From an uncultured bacterium (lineage in GTDB: Bacteria > Pseudomonadota > Alphaproteobacteria > CAJXXZ01 > 1604HC): a stretch of DNA of 64,000 bases. Each line of letters starts with the position of its first letter. Position 1 is the stretch's first letter. The stretch spans positions 2,317 through 66,316 of the forward strand of contig CAJXXZ010000003.1 in the NCBI GenBank assembly GCA_913063285.1, given 5' to 3'. The position numbers and the translations under genes were made by a program. Positions 50,802-62,634 of this stretch are shown one piece after another. The notes beneath the pieces were generated by a model. That model did not search any database. It had not been told where the DNA came from and saw only the letters and a program-made list of their open reading frames with translations.

Positions 50802-51593
50802 TTGATAAATTATATAGTGCTCTTTAAGCGAAATAAAAATGGAATCGCAATTCATGAAAGTACTGCTTTTGAAAAAATGTATATTGCTGGTAAATTAGCA
50901 TCCAAAACTCTAACTTATTTATCGAAATTTGTTGTATCAGGTATTTCAACCCTTGAAATTGATACTTTATGTGAAAAATTTATCAGAGATAATGGCGGAA
51001 TTGCGGCATGTATAGGATTTTGCGGATATAAACACTCAATCTGTATATCTATAAATGAGGTTGTGTGTCATGGAGTACCATCAAAGAATGTAATACTAAA
51101 AGATGGTGATATTGTAAACTTAGATGTTGTAGTTGCGGTAGATGGATGGCATGGAGATACTAGTAGAACTTTTTACGTAGGTGATGTTTCTAAAGAAAAA
51201 CAAAACTTAGTTGATGTTGCATTTAATGCAATGTGGGCTGGTATTAATGTTGTTAAGATTGATGCTACTTTTAATGATATTGGTGTAGCAATTGAAAATT
51301 ATGTAAATCAAAATTCATGCTTTTCAGTTATTCCCAACTATTGTGGACATGGAATTGGAGTGAATTTACATGATAAACCTCACGTATTACACTATGATTC
51401 TGGTAGTAAAATAAAAATCAAGCCTGGTATGTTTTTTACTATTGAGCCAATCATATCAGCAGGAAGTATTAAATCAAGAACTTTATCAGATGAATGGACT
51501 GTTGTAAGTGTAGATGGAGCTGCAACTGCACAATTTGAACATACAATTGGTGTTGGATATGACGGTGAAATTCATTTATTTACAAAAGAATAG
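50802..51593 (+). CDS. map: Methionine aminopeptidase type I
   Basis: SINEVVCHGVP, DGWHGDTSRTF, YCGHGIG, FTIEP and AQFEHT motifs. The start could be GTG 50817. Confidence 0.97.
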   Translation: MINYIVLFKRNKNGIAIHESTAFEKMYIAGKLASKTLTYLSKFVVSGISTLEIDTLCEKFIRDNGGIAACIGFCGYKHSICISINEVVCHGVPSKNVILKDGDIVNLDVVVAVDGWHGDTSRTFYVGDVSKEKQNLVDVAFNAMWAGINVVKIDATFNDIGVAIENYVNQNSCFSVIPNYCGHGIGVNLHDKPHVLHYDSGSKIKIKPGMFFTIEPIISAGSIKSRTLSDEWTVVSVDGAATAQFEHTIGVGYDGEIHLFTKE

Positions 51594-51978
51594 TACTGTG
51601 ATTTTCAGTTGTAAATTAATTTTCAAAATAAATTCATGTATCATCATGTATATAAATAGTTAATAATACATTGACTTAATACAAAAAATGTGTATAAAAT
51701 TTGAAAAAATGATATAATATTTTTATTAAAAGTGAAAAAAGTATTGAAATAATAATCTGCTTTTATGGGTTAAATGACTTGTATTATAGTAAAATATGGT
51801 TGTTATTTATTATTTTTCAAAAAATGCATAAAACAGATGTTGAAAATAAAATATTTTTGTATCATAATCGGCGTTGTAATATGTATACAAATAAAAGTAC
51901 ACTTGATTATTGTTATGTATTGTTAATTCGAATATATAGTTCGATTTTTGAAGTTGAAATTTTGAATAAGGAGATTCG

Positions 51979-53844
51979 ATGAATCAAGGTGATTTATTAT
52001 TACAATTTTTGATTCAAAAAGGTATTAAAAGAATATTTTGCTTAACTCAACAAATGAGAGATATATTACAATTAATTGTTGACTTGGAAGTGATATGTCT
52101 AACAAATTCATTATATGATGTTAAGTTTACAAGCTTTAAAGCAGAAGATCAGATTGAGTATAAATTAACAAATGAAGATATAGTAGTTGTCAAAGAAAGT
52201 GAACAATTTGATTTAAAGGTAATGAAATACTCGAATAAGTTATATGTAATTGAAGATATTGCTATTAATGATCTTTCAAAACACACTTGTTATCGATATG
52301 AAAATTACTATGAAGAGGCGAAAGCTATATTAAACTATGCCAAAAAAGTAGATACTTTATATGTTGCTTCAGATAAAGAAATATTATATAGAACGATGTC
52401 TGCTCTTTCAAATCATTCTATTGATCGAGCTAACAGTGATATTATGTTTTGGGCTATCTGTGCAAAAGCTTTATCCGCTCCCTATACTTGTTCTATAGAG
52501 GTGTGTGATTGTATTGCACATCCACTAGTTTCAGCTTTTTCTTCAAAATATTCTGCTATGCATAATTTACCGATCGATAAAGATTATAAAGATGTGTTAA
52601 AAAGTTGGATTGCAAAAATTGATAGAAATAAAAAATATGCGGTTAATGAATTATGGAGTGTTTTATATGATTTTGTAACTTTTTTAACTAAAGGAAATAT
52701 TCCAAATATTTTAGACTCATTTAATGTAAATTGGCCAGATATGACTATAAAAGAATATGCAAATTCATTATCAGATATGGTAAATTTGGAAATACAAGAA
52801 TCTACTGTAAAAAAAATCAATAATATTTTATACATACCTATAGATACTTTATCTATATATTTACCTAAAAATATTTGGGTTGCTGGATTAAATAATTTAT
52901 CAGCTTTATCTAGATCTATATATGCGATTTGTAATTTAAAAAAATGTATATTATCATTTTCTGCATATGAAAATGGAAAAATTGCTTGCATTAATCCAGT
53001 ACTAAGTGAATGTACTATAGTAGAGCAAAATATATCAACTGAATGTACAGTTCATAGAAGTAATTATAATTATCCAGCACCACCTATTAGTAGTAGACCA
53101 AAAGAGATAGCTATTAATCACATAACAAAATTAATGAATGATCCTTACGTATTTTATATAGAATGTATTATGCATTTGAGACCTAGAAACGCATATCTTT
53201 TACATTGGGTAGGTATGTATATACACAATTTATTTGAAGAAGTAGTAGTTAAGTGGAAACAATTTGAAACTCAAAAAGATTTAAATGAATATCTTACTCA
53301 AACTTTAATTGCCGAAGATCTTAGCGATTGGATGTATATTTTAGTATATACTAAGATGAGAAAAATGGCATCAGCTTTATGGAGTGTTGTTTCAGATAAG
53401 AAGCACGTACAATCTGAGGTTGAAGGAAGCATAAGTATTATTCATGAAGATAATGAATATATTTTACATGGAAGAGCTGATATAATTTATGGTAATGAAT
53501 CGGGAAAATACGGCGTGATTGATTTTAAAACTGGCATTACTGCAAGTTGGGCTTGTATTGCAAGTGGAAAAGATCCTCAAATGGCACTTGAAATGTTAAT
53601 TTTGGTAGATGGAGGTTTTGGTATGAAAACAGATACATTATTAGCTTCTGGATTTATATCTCCTAGAGAGTTTATTCCTGTTATTAAGGAAAATTTACTC
53701 ATTAATAGCGCTAGAGATGGTTTGAAAAAACTATTACAGATGTATTGGAAAGAAGAGCAGGTTTATTTTGCTGCTAATTTTGGAGTTGATTATGCTTACT
53801 TACCTTTTATGAGAGAATATGGAGTTTATTGTGAAAAGAATTGA
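51979..53844 (+). CDS. addB: AddB-like double-strand break repair protein (PD-(D/E)XK nuclease)
   Basis: PAPPISSRPKEI..NHITKLMNDPY, LHGRADII, VIDFKTG and DPQMALE motifs; directly upstream of addA. Confidence 0.8.
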   Translation: MNQGDLLLQFLIQKGIKRIFCLTQQMRDILQLIVDLEVICLTNSLYDVKFTSFKAEDQIEYKLTNEDIVVVKESEQFDLKVMKYSNKLYVIEDIAINDLSKHTCYRYENYYEEAKAILNYAKKVDTLYVASDKEILYRTMSALSNHSIDRANSDIMFWAICAKALSAPYTCSIEVCDCIAHPLVSAFSSKYSAMHNLPIDKDYKDVLKSWIAKIDRNKKYAVNELWSVLYDFVTFLTKGNIPNILDSFNVNWPDMTIKEYANSLSDMVNLEIQESTVKKINNILYIPIDTLSIYLPKNIWVAGLNNLSALSRSIYAICNLKKCILSFSAYENGKIACINPVLSECTIVEQNISTECTVHRSNYNYPAPPISSRPKEIAINHITKLMNDPYVFYIECIMHLRPRNAYLLHWVGMYIHNLFEEVVVKWKQFETQKDLNEYLTQTLIAEDLSDWMYILVYTKMRKMASALWSVVSDKKHVQSEVEGSISIIHEDNEYILHGRADIIYGNESGKYGVIDFKTGITASWACIASGKDPQMALEMLILVDGGFGMKTDTLLASGFISPREFIPVIKENLLINSARDGLKKLLQMYWKEEQVYFAANFGVDYAYLPFMREYGVYCEKN

Positions 53845-56188
53845 ATGGATAAGTGCAGCAGCTGGCTCAGGTAAGACATATTACATTATTTCTAGTATAT
53901 GCAAGCTACTACTGCAAGGAGTAAAAGGAAACGAAATTTTATGTATATCATTTACTAATGTAGCTGCTAAAGAAATGGAGATGCGTCTTCATTCTATTAT
54001 GCAGTCAGCATCAAGAGGAATTTACGCCGATGAACTTGTTAATTTAACTATTCCTCATAATATAAATGAAATCGTGAAAAACTTTTATCAATATCCAGTA
54101 AATTGTTTTACAATTCATGGTTTAGCAATGCATCACGCAAAAAAATTACATCAATCAGTAAAAATATTAGCTCCATATAAAAGTAGTAGTATGGTTAACG
54201 AAGCAATTGAATTAACATTACGAGAAAAGTTATGGAGAGATTTATGTATAGCTCTTTCTGATGAGCGAATGTCAATTGTGAAAGAAATCACCTCATTTAT
54301 AATGAGTAATCAATTAAAATATCTACTTAATGAGTATAAAGTTGGTAATAAAGCGTGGCCAATTATGACTTTTCCAAAAGGATTATATGCTACTTTATAT
54401 AGTACTGGATATAAAAATATTGCTGATATACTTCAAAGTGGAGATAAGGAACAAATTAGCAAATTATTTTTAACACAAACAGGTGGATTAAAAGAGGGGG
54501 TATTTTCTTCTGCTTGGATAGGAAGAAATAGAAAAGAATATTCAGCTATTCACAGATTTGCTCATGATGTATTTGCCTATTCTCAATCTCATCAAAATTA
54601 TAGAGCGATGAAAAAATCTCATGTACTAACTGAATGGATTAAAGCCATATGTTTTGAATATAAAAAGTTAAAACAAAATAATAATGTATGGGATTTTAGT
54701 GACATGCTATCTTATCTTACAGAAATTATAGATGTTGAGTACTCTATAAATTGCTTTTCATATCTTTTTCTTGATGAAGCTCAAGATTTATCAGAAGCAC
54801 AGTGGAATATTGTACAACTTTTATGCAAAAATATTATGGATAAAGATAAGTTTTTAATTTCAATTGTAGGTGATTCAAAACAAAATATTTACAGTTTTCA
54901 AGGAGCTACTGCAAATTTAATGAAAGATGCCAAAGTGTATTTACAAAAATTAGCTAAGCAGCAAATTGCAAGTTTTGAAAATATATCTCTACATCACTCA
55001 TATCGTTCTGGTGAATTATTATTAAATTTTGTAAGTAACACTATGTTAAATTTTATGCCCATCGAACAGCATGTAGCTGCAAAACAAATGAAAAGTTATG
55101 TGCATGTTTGGAAGAAAATTAAGAAAGAGTTAGAGTTAGAACAAGGATGGTGTCCTAAAGTTGATACTTCAAAACTATTATGGGTAGATTTATGTGTTAA
55201 TGAGATTAAAAAACTACTAAATACCAAGTTACTAAATGAAAATCGAAAAGTTGAGTACGAAGATATTTTAATTTTAATTCGTAAGAGAACAAATCAGCAC
55301 TCTATATTAATTTCAAAATTAGAAGCAAATGATATTCCTATTGCAGTATCTCCATTTCCTTTTTATTCAAATTTACTAGTTCAAGATTTGGTTAATATTA
55401 TCATATTAATGAGAGATATTGATGATGATTTTATGTTAGCTGGCTTATTAAAAAATGCTTATTTTGCATGGACTGATGAAGATTTAATCAAATTTGTAAG
55501 TAATAGAACGGATAGTTTATATAATAATTTACTTGAAAATAAATCAAATGAAAAAGTTGAATATGTACTAAATACTTTGAGTAGATGGAAGCAATATCCT
55601 TTGCATGTATATGAATTTTTTCAAAAATTAATTTTTCATGATGAATTTGGAAGATTTTTTATAAATAGCTCCGACTCTGATATAATATTACACTTTTGGG
55701 AACAAGTTGTGCAATTTGATAAAATATCATCATCTATTATTGATTTTATTCATTGGATTAAAAGTATAAATTCAATAGAAAGAAAAGGTGTTAGAATTTC
55801 CACAATTCATGGAGCAAAAGGAGCCGAAGCTCCAATTGTAATTTTATGCGATAGCTATCAACCATCTCCAAGAAATATGAATACTCTCATTGTACATCAA
55901 GGATCAGCTTTGTGGCCTCGAGATCATCCGATGTATTACTCACTTAAAAAGCAAAATTTACAAAATCAGAATATTGAACAAAATAATTTGCTTTATGTAG
56001 CATTGACTCGAGCTAAAGAACAGCTATATATTTTACCTCCAGTCTATAGTACTAATTCGGATATGATGACATGGTATAGCAAAATTTGCAGTACAATGAA
56101 AGAAATTGGAGATGAGCATGATGAATATTATTCTTTAGGATGTGCTCCACTATTGATTGATATTAAGAAGCAGAGTATGATGGGATGA
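53831..56188 (+). CDS. addA: AddA-like UvrD-family helicase
   Basis: SAAAGSGKT, FTNVAAKEM, LDEAQD, VGDSKQNIYSFQGA, TIHGAKGAEAPIV and LYVALTRAKE motifs; GGAG RBS before GTG 53831. Confidence 0.88.
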   Translation: MKRIEWISAAAGSGKTYYIISSICKLLLQGVKGNEILCISFTNVAAKEMEMRLHSIMQSASRGIYADELVNLTIPHNINEIVKNFYQYPVNCFTIHGLAMHHAKKLHQSVKILAPYKSSSMVNEAIELTLREKLWRDLCIALSDERMSIVKEITSFIMSNQLKYLLNEYKVGNKAWPIMTFPKGLYATLYSTGYKNIADILQSGDKEQISKLFLTQTGGLKEGVFSSAWIGRNRKEYSAIHRFAHDVFAYSQSHQNYRAMKKSHVLTEWIKAICFEYKKLKQNNNVWDFSDMLSYLTEIIDVEYSINCFSYLFLDEAQDLSEAQWNIVQLLCKNIMDKDKFLISIVGDSKQNIYSFQGATANLMKDAKVYLQKLAKQQIASFENISLHHSYRSGELLLNFVSNTMLNFMPIEQHVAAKQMKSYVHVWKKIKKELELEQGWCPKVDTSKLLWVDLCVNEIKKLLNTKLLNENRKVEYEDILILIRKRTNQHSILISKLEANDIPIAVSPFPFYSNLLVQDLVNIIILMRDIDDDFMLAGLLKNAYFAWTDEDLIKFVSNRTDSLYNNLLENKSNEKVEYVLNTLSRWKQYPLHVYEFFQKLIFHDEFGRFFINSSDSDIILHFWEQVVQFDKISSSIIDFIHWIKSINSIERKGVRISTIHGAKGAEAPIVILCDSYQPSPRNMNTLIVHQGSALWPRDHPMYYSLKKQNLQNQNIEQNNLLYVALTRAKEQLYILPPVYSTNSDMMTWYSKICSTMKEIGDEHDEYYSLGCAPLLIDIKKQSMMG

Positions 56189-56197
56189 AGGGGAATT

Positions 56198-56806
56198 ATG
56201 CCTATTATTCAACAAAAATATAAGATTGATCGTCGTTGTGGAGTTAATATAAGTGGTCGTGAAAAAAGTGCATTTAATACTAGGCCTTCACGTCCTGGGC
56301 AACATGGAAAGAATATGCGACGCAAAGTATCGGAGATGGGAAAGAGATTATTAGAAAAACAAAAATTACGCTTTTATTATGGACTAAGTGAGTTGCAGTT
56401 TAGATCACTTTTTCGTAAATCAGCTAAAGGTGTAGGAGAACGAGGATTAAAATTTGTTCGATTACTCGAAACACGTTTAGACTCTGTTGTATTTAGATTA
56501 AAATGGGCTCCTACAATATACGCAGCAAAGCAATTAATTTCTCATGGTCACGTCAAGATTAATGATACTAGAGTGAAATCAGCATCTCATGCTGTACATC
56601 CTGGTGATATAGTTTCTTTATCCGATACTATGAAAAATAACGGAGTTGTAAACATAACAATGGAGTCATCTGAACGAGATATACCATCTTATATTGATGC
56701 ATCAAGTGGACAACTACTTAAACTACCAGATTCGATCGATGAAGTTTTGTATCCAAATTATATGAATCTTCAAATGATAATTGAATGGTATTCTAGATTG
56801 ATATAG
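56198..56806 (+). CDS. rpsD: 30S ribosomal protein S4
   Basis: PGQHG, LLEKQKLRFYYG, LLETRLDSVVFR and QLISHGHV motifs. Confidence 0.98.
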   Translation: MPIIQQKYKIDRRCGVNISGREKSAFNTRPSRPGQHGKNMRRKVSEMGKRLLEKQKLRFYYGLSELQFRSLFRKSAKGVGERGLKFVRLLETRLDSVVFRLKWAPTIYAAKQLISHGHVKINDTRVKSASHAVHPGDIVSLSDTMKNNGVVNITMESSERDIPSYIDASSGQLLKLPDSIDEVLYPNYMNLQMIIEWYSRLI

Positions 56807-56809
56807 TGA

Positions 56810-57135
56810 ATTAAATACAAATTAAGATTATATTTTTGAATAATTCAAGATTGTTAAATCAATTTAAGTAACAAGACTATTATATAAATATGAATTTTGA
56901 TAAGTTGAAACATAAAAAAAATAGCTTTGTTTAGTGGTATTTTGTTAAGTAGTATTTTTTAGTATAAATGTATATAATTTGATACATATTAAGCAAAATA
57001 TAATATATATTAAATTTATTTAAGATAATAATATTAACAAAACATCCTAAATTATATGAACGCAGCTGAAAATCAATATATACACAAGCTTATGCTTGAA
57101 GTTCAAAAAACATTAAGTTTAGTAAAATCAGCATT
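56810..57135 (+). pseudogene. Decayed tandem copy of the PLD gene promoter and 5' half
   Basis: AAATACAAATT, TTTTGATAAGTT, AAAATCAATATATA and AGTAAAATCAGCA are colinear with ~57197-57530. Confidence 0.8.
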
Positions 57136-57281
57136 ATCAAGATAAGTGCAAGTTTTTATAATATAATTGAATGTTATTCAGATTAATATCGTACATCAAA
57201 TACAAATTGAGATTATGTTTAATATTTAAATAATCAAAGATTGTTGCATCGGTATAAACTACAATGCTAGTATATATATAT

Positions 57282-57866
57282 ATGAGTTTTGATAAGTTAA
57301 AACGTAAAATAATAGGATTTGTTAGTGGTGTTTTAGTAAGCAGTATTTTTTTTAGTAGAAATATATATGATTCGATACATCTTAGAGAAAATATGATGCA
57401 TATCAAATTTGTTCCAGGTGATGATATTACACAAAATATCGTGGATCATATAAATGCAGCTAAAAAATCAATATATATACAGGCTTATGGCTGGAGTTCA
57501 AACAATATATTAAATTCAGTAAAATCAGCAGCAGCGAGGGAAGTGAAAATTTTTATCATTTTGGATAAAAGTAATGTAGGCAAATATCGAAACAAATCAC
57601 AATCATATTTTATGCAAGATTTATTAAAATTAGGCGTAAATATTTTAATTGATTCGCGTAGTATTGCTCATAATAAGGTTATGATCATAGATGAAAGTAT
57701 TGTTATTACAGGTAGTTTTAATTTTACCGAAAGTGCAAATCGTCGTAATGTTGAAAATGTAATTTTTTTATATAGTAAAGATGCTGCAAATCGTTATTTA
57801 AATAATTGGCATAATAGGGAAAAATGCTCTACACCATTACATAAATTGATTAATAATAATTATTAA
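57282..57866 (+). CDS. Phospholipase D superfamily protein (single HKD, Nuc/Rickettsia PLD-like)
   Basis: N-terminal membrane anchor; IAHNKVMIIDESIVITGSFNFT...NVEN (HxKxxxxDxxxxxxGSxN). Start moved to ATG 57282. Confidence 0.92.
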   Translation: MSFDKLKRKIIGFVSGVLVSSIFFSRNIYDSIHLRENMMHIKFVPGDDITQNIVDHINAAKKSIYIQAYGWSSNNILNSVKSAAAREVKIFIILDKSNVGKYRNKSQSYFMQDLLKLGVNILIDSRSIAHNKVMIIDESIVITGSFNFTESANRRNVENVIFLYSKDAANRYLNNWHNREKCSTPLHKLINNNY

Positions 57867-58394
57867 TATTGAACATTATTATTTTTATATAAAAATACAA
57901 CTTTGTACTTGTTAAAATTATTCATTATTCACTATTATGTGATGAAAAGTTTATATATGATAAGAATATTTAACTTAATTATTAAATTTATAATGTGAAT
58001 AGCATTTTTATGAATTCATATTTCATATTTATCTCTAAAAGTAATCAATTTTATTAATATTATTTGCTTGTTATTCATCTAATACTAAGTTGATAATCTA
58101 TAATTATATATAAAATCACGTTATGTAAATTTGATTGAGAAATTATAAAATTGAAGTATATCATTATTATAGTAAAAATTATAATAGTAAAAATATAAAT
58201 TATAATTAAAAATAAAATTATACTTTCATAACATAATACTTCTTAAATAAAGTATAAATTTTATCAATGATAAATATCAAATTACATATAAATATATTGT
58301 GTATAAACATAATATGCTTCATAGAAAAAATAAATTATAAAAAATCACTAAACTATATTGTATTACTAATAAAGTTCATATATAGTTATAGTAA

Positions 58395-58475
58395 GCCCGC
58401 TTGGTGGAATGGTAGACACAGCAGACTTAAAATCTGCAGGCTTATGCCGTACTGGTTCAAGTCCGGTAGCGGGTA
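58395..58475 (+). tRNA. tRNA-Leu(TAA), CCA not encoded
   Basis: GCCCGCT...GCAGA CTTAAAA TCTGC, long variable arm, GGTTCAAGTCC, AGCGGGT-A. Confidence 0.95.
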
Positions 58476-58478
58476 TTT

Positions 58479-58553
58479 GCGCTCGTAGCTTAATTCGGAT
58501 AGAGCGTCAGACTACGGATTTGAAGGTTGGGAGTTCGAGTCTTCCCGAGCGTG
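58479..58553 (+). tRNA. tRNA-Arg(ACG), CCA not encoded
   Basis: GCGCTCG...TCAGA CTACGGA TTTGA...GTTCGAGTC...CGAGCGT-G; only 3 nt after tRNA-Leu. Confidence 0.94.
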
Positions 58554-60960
58554 ATATTTCAATATATTTTACAGCTTAATAATTAATATTATAATAAAAT
58601 ATGTAATTACTGTAAATAATAAAAAATTTTTCTGACAAATACTATATATAAAGTCAACTTTTCATAATTAAACTTGTTACTCAATAGTAGCCTACACAAA
58701 ATTTGATTTTATACTATTTTTCATATATTTTATTTAATAAATTAAATCATAATATTACTACATAATAAAAATATATAATTTAATTACAGAAAATAATTTC
58801 GTTTTTACATACTTTTTACTTTAGAATTTATTAATTTTAAAATTACCTATAAAAAATTCATCTAAATACTATATTTTAGCTTCAGAGCCTTGAAATTTAA
58901 ATTTTTTCATATTTTTTTATAAAGTATCTAAAGTTTATTTAATACTATCTAATTTTCAAATATTTTTTGCGATTTTAGATTCTTTATTTTAAGTAGTGAT
59001 ATGTAATTTTTTACATATTATTGAATTACATTTGCTAATACTTTACAAATATGTAGTAATTTTTTCAGTTTAATTCTTCAAAATCACTTTAGTGAATCAA
59101 ATAAAAATAAATTTTTTAAATTTAACACTTTAATTTACATTAATATAAGAAAATTTAGTAGTACATAATTTGTTCTTTAGATTTGTTATGTCTTTGCATA
59201 ATATTTATCTTTATCATTTCTATATTTGAAGTTAATTTTTTGATCATTTTCATTCTTATCAGAGTTACTATTTTTTTGAATTTGAGAAAATAATAATTTT
59301 TAAAATTTATATTAATTTAACGTAGTAGTTGTTAAATTTTTTGTCTAAGTATTCAATGAAATACAAAAGTAGTGTTTTAGATTTACTAAATTTATTAATA
59401 GCAAAATACTTCTATTTATTTAGAAAAAACATATATATGAAAAATAATTAGCTTGATATCGTATATTTTTTAATATTTTTGCATGTTTTTATTAGGTGAA
59501 TATAAACAGTATAGTATGAATATAAATCTTACAAAAATATTCTTACTTTAATGTTTTTACTATTTTGCATGAAATAACATTATAATGATGTAATAAAATC
59601 TAAATATTAGAAGGTCTAAAAGCTTAAATTTTAAATCAAATGATGAAATATAAGTTATAAAATCAAGTTGATTTGGCAATCATTAGTAATTTGATTTCAT
59701 ATGCTTTTATCTATTCTTAAAATTATAAGTAAGTAAGCTCTCACAAATCAGAATCAAGTATTGTAATTGTGATTATAATTTTAGATCTTACTATAAAATT
59801 TTTCTATCATTCATAAAGAATAGAACTATGAAGTTAATGCTATAGCTTTAAATTGATCTGAAGATTTTTCTAAAGTAATTATTTTGTATTTTTTAATGTG
59901 AGTATCCTCTTCTATCAATAAATCTTTAAAAGTAGTAATATTTGATGTTTTAGTTATATAAAGTAAAATGAAAAATTTGAGTAGAATTATAGTCGAAAGA
60001 AGTCGTAAGTTATTTTGAAATTACAGTTTAAAAAAAAGATACACATTTCCAGTCATAAAAATAAATAAAATATAAATTTATTTTTGAAATCATATTGTGT
60101 ACGTATTATAAAATAAAAAGTACGAATGAGATTTTCTATCTTGAATTATATATAGTTTTAATTTCGATAAATAAAACTGATCATATAAAATTTTTAAAAA
60201 TTGTACATAATAAAGTATTGAGAAATCTATATTGTCTAATTTATTTCTTTTTTTAAATTGACTTCTTGCTGCTGTTAAAGAAGATGCTTCATTATAAATT
60301 AAATAATTTAAAAAATATTCATACATAAAAGTAGTAGGGTATATCAAATTTATTTGTGGTAATAATTTTTACATAAACTTACTATTATGAATTTTCAATA
60401 TATTGCCAAAAAGAGCTAATCATTAGCACAAAGTGTATTTCAATATTTTTAAATAAAAATATATATAGTTCTTTCATTCAATATAATTTTTCAAAAAAGA
60501 GAAAAAATTACAGCAACTCTCTCAAAACTTTACATTATATAAAAAATAATTGATTTACATAAATCATTAAAAAACATATATTAAAAACTTATATATATAC
60601 AATGTTGCTTCTTCTAATTCATATTTAATTTACTTAAGCTTTAACTTTTTAATCTCATCGATTTTAAACTAAATTATTTATTAATTTCATCATATAATTT
60701 TTAATTACTTATACTTGATTTGCTTATTATTAATACACTTCATTATAGGGTAAACTTGATCTTTAAAAATAATTAATTTATCTAATTTTTTATTAATACA
60801 TATTCAAGAAAACAATTTCTCTTCAGAAAATCATCTTAAATCTTTGTAATAAAATATATAGCTAAATTTTTTGCAACTAATAATATTTACACTTGTCTAT
60901 TACTAATTTTTAAATTTAGATATTTTTTTAAATATTTTTGGTAGAGTGAATGTTTTTCAT

Positions 60961-62241
60961 TTAGTTTTTTTCAGGGTAAGATAGACGATTCCATTGTTTT
61001 GTAAATTCTTTCATTTTATTAGAACTTATTGATTTAAATAGAGGGCTGTCAAAAAGTTGATCTAAAGCTTGTATATCCGGAATATTATTCAATGCAATTT
61101 GACCAGTTTCATTTTGTGCCGCTTGAGCGTCTTTAAGTTTTCTAATCATCAATGATAAATCAGGTAATAATTTAGTCATACACTGATTATGAGCTATAGT
61201 AAGTCTATTTTTCTTTATTTCTTGTATTATAGATTCTTCTTGCTTTTTAAGAGCACAATGTTTTTTATATAATTCAAAATATTGATAAAATATTTCAGGA
61301 ACTAAGTTTTTTTCTTTTTTCTTTTTTCCCTGCAATTTATTAAAAGATGCTTGTATCTCTTCTGCTTTTTCATAACTATGTATTTCTTCTAGTAATCTTT
61401 TTCTATCTTGAGGAGATTTACTAGGAATCAGAGCATGCATTTCACTCCTTAAATTTTGCATTGCTATTGTTGTTGTTGGAATTTCTGATTTTATTCTATC
61501 CTTCTCTCGTGTTAATGTTTGTATACTATTTTCATGTGTAATAGTATCTTCTTGTATACTTTGTAAATGTTGTTCTAAACCATCAAGTAATGCTATTGCT
61601 TGATTAAATTCTGCTTCTTCATTAAAATACTTAAATTTGACGATTCCTGGAAATGCATCGGCAAATGAAGGTATAGCAATTCCATATTTCTTCTTTAATT
61701 CTTGAGCTACTGACGCATAAAATTGTGGAAAATCTTTATTCCATAAATCTTGTAGAAACTTCTCAATTATCTTATGTATATCATCAGAAGACAAACTTAT
61801 CTGTAAAAGATTACTAGAAAGTATAGTTGCTACATTATCTAGAAACTTAAGCTTATAAATAGAAGGTATAGCAAGTTGATCATTATTTGGATTTGTGAAT
61901 ATGAATAATGTACGATAATCTTGAAAGTTTATGTAAGCGACTGAATCCCAATGACTTGTATCTTGATCAGCATATTCCGTGAAACATATATTTGTTTTAT
62001 CTTCAAAAGAATTTCCAAAAAGTTCCTTACGTGGAAAAAAAATATCTCCCATATCCTTTAACTGACAAAGAGTAGATTCATTATCATATGGTCTATCTTT
62101 TTTTCGCTCATTAAATTGATGTGCGCCTTCTTCAAGGGTAGATAAACATGTGTCACCTCTATTATATTTGTCAACAAAACCTATTTCTAAAGTACAATTT
62201 ATATTATACATTGCTAATAAACACGAAATTAATATTTTCAT
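60961..62241 (-). CDS. Secreted hypothetical protein with central coiled coil (second paralog family)
   Basis: Signal-like MKILISCLLAMYNINC; the C-terminus GQIALNNIPDIQALDQLF...WNRLSYPE is shared with the ORF at 63637. Confidence 0.8.
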   Translation of the reverse strand: MKILISCLLAMYNINCTLEIGFVDKYNRGDTCLSTLEEGAHQFNERKKDRPYDNESTLCQLKDMGDIFFPRKELFGNSFEDKTNICFTEYADQDTSHWDSVAYINFQDYRTLFIFTNPNNDQLAIPSIYKLKFLDNVATILSSNLLQISLSSDDIHKIIEKFLQDLWNKDFPQFYASVAQELKKKYGIAIPSFADAFPGIVKFKYFNEEAEFNQAIALLDGLEQHLQSIQEDTITHENSIQTLTREKDRIKSEIPTTTIAMQNLRSEMHALIPSKSPQDRKRLLEEIHSYEKAEEIQASFNKLQGKKKKEKNLVPEIFYQYFELYKKHCALKKQEESIIQEIKKNRLTIAHNQCMTKLLPDLSLMIRKLKDAQAAQNETGQIALNNIPDIQALDQLFDSPLFKSISSNKMKEFTKQWNRLSYPEKN

Positions 62242-62634
62242 ATAAACATATTAACAAATTTAAAAGATATCGTCAATATATAAATTTAGATGTAGAATTT
62301 GTAAGACATATATATTTTTTATATTTTAAATTTTATATGATATATCAAATATACTGTTTTTACTCTTTTTGCTTGAAGTGTAACTTTGTATTTCATAAAA
62401 TTATAGCAAATTTACTAAATTGATAAAAGATAAACATATTTTTTCATATGTTTGACTATTATGAAATTACCATAGGCGTAATTAATGAAATTAATTCATA
62501 ATTAAAATAATAATAAGTTTTTTATTTTATTAAGTTAATACAACTGATAGATAAATTTATTATAACTCAATATTAAAATATACATGCACTTCAATTTATG
62601 ATTATTTTATACAGATTTAGTTTAAGAAAATTAA

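Noticed and set aside
51689..51697. Isolated DnaA-box matches (also at 1442 and 58298)
   Set aside because: Single TTATACACA matches are expected by chance at this AT content.
58267..58488. 73-aa ORF
   Set aside because: Overlaps tRNA-Leu and is otherwise AT-rich noise.
59500..60350. Possible further decayed secreted genes on the minus strand (MISKINLYFIYFY start at 60093; ORF 60090-60347)
   Set aside because: Too eroded to assign by eye; could be AT-rich chance.
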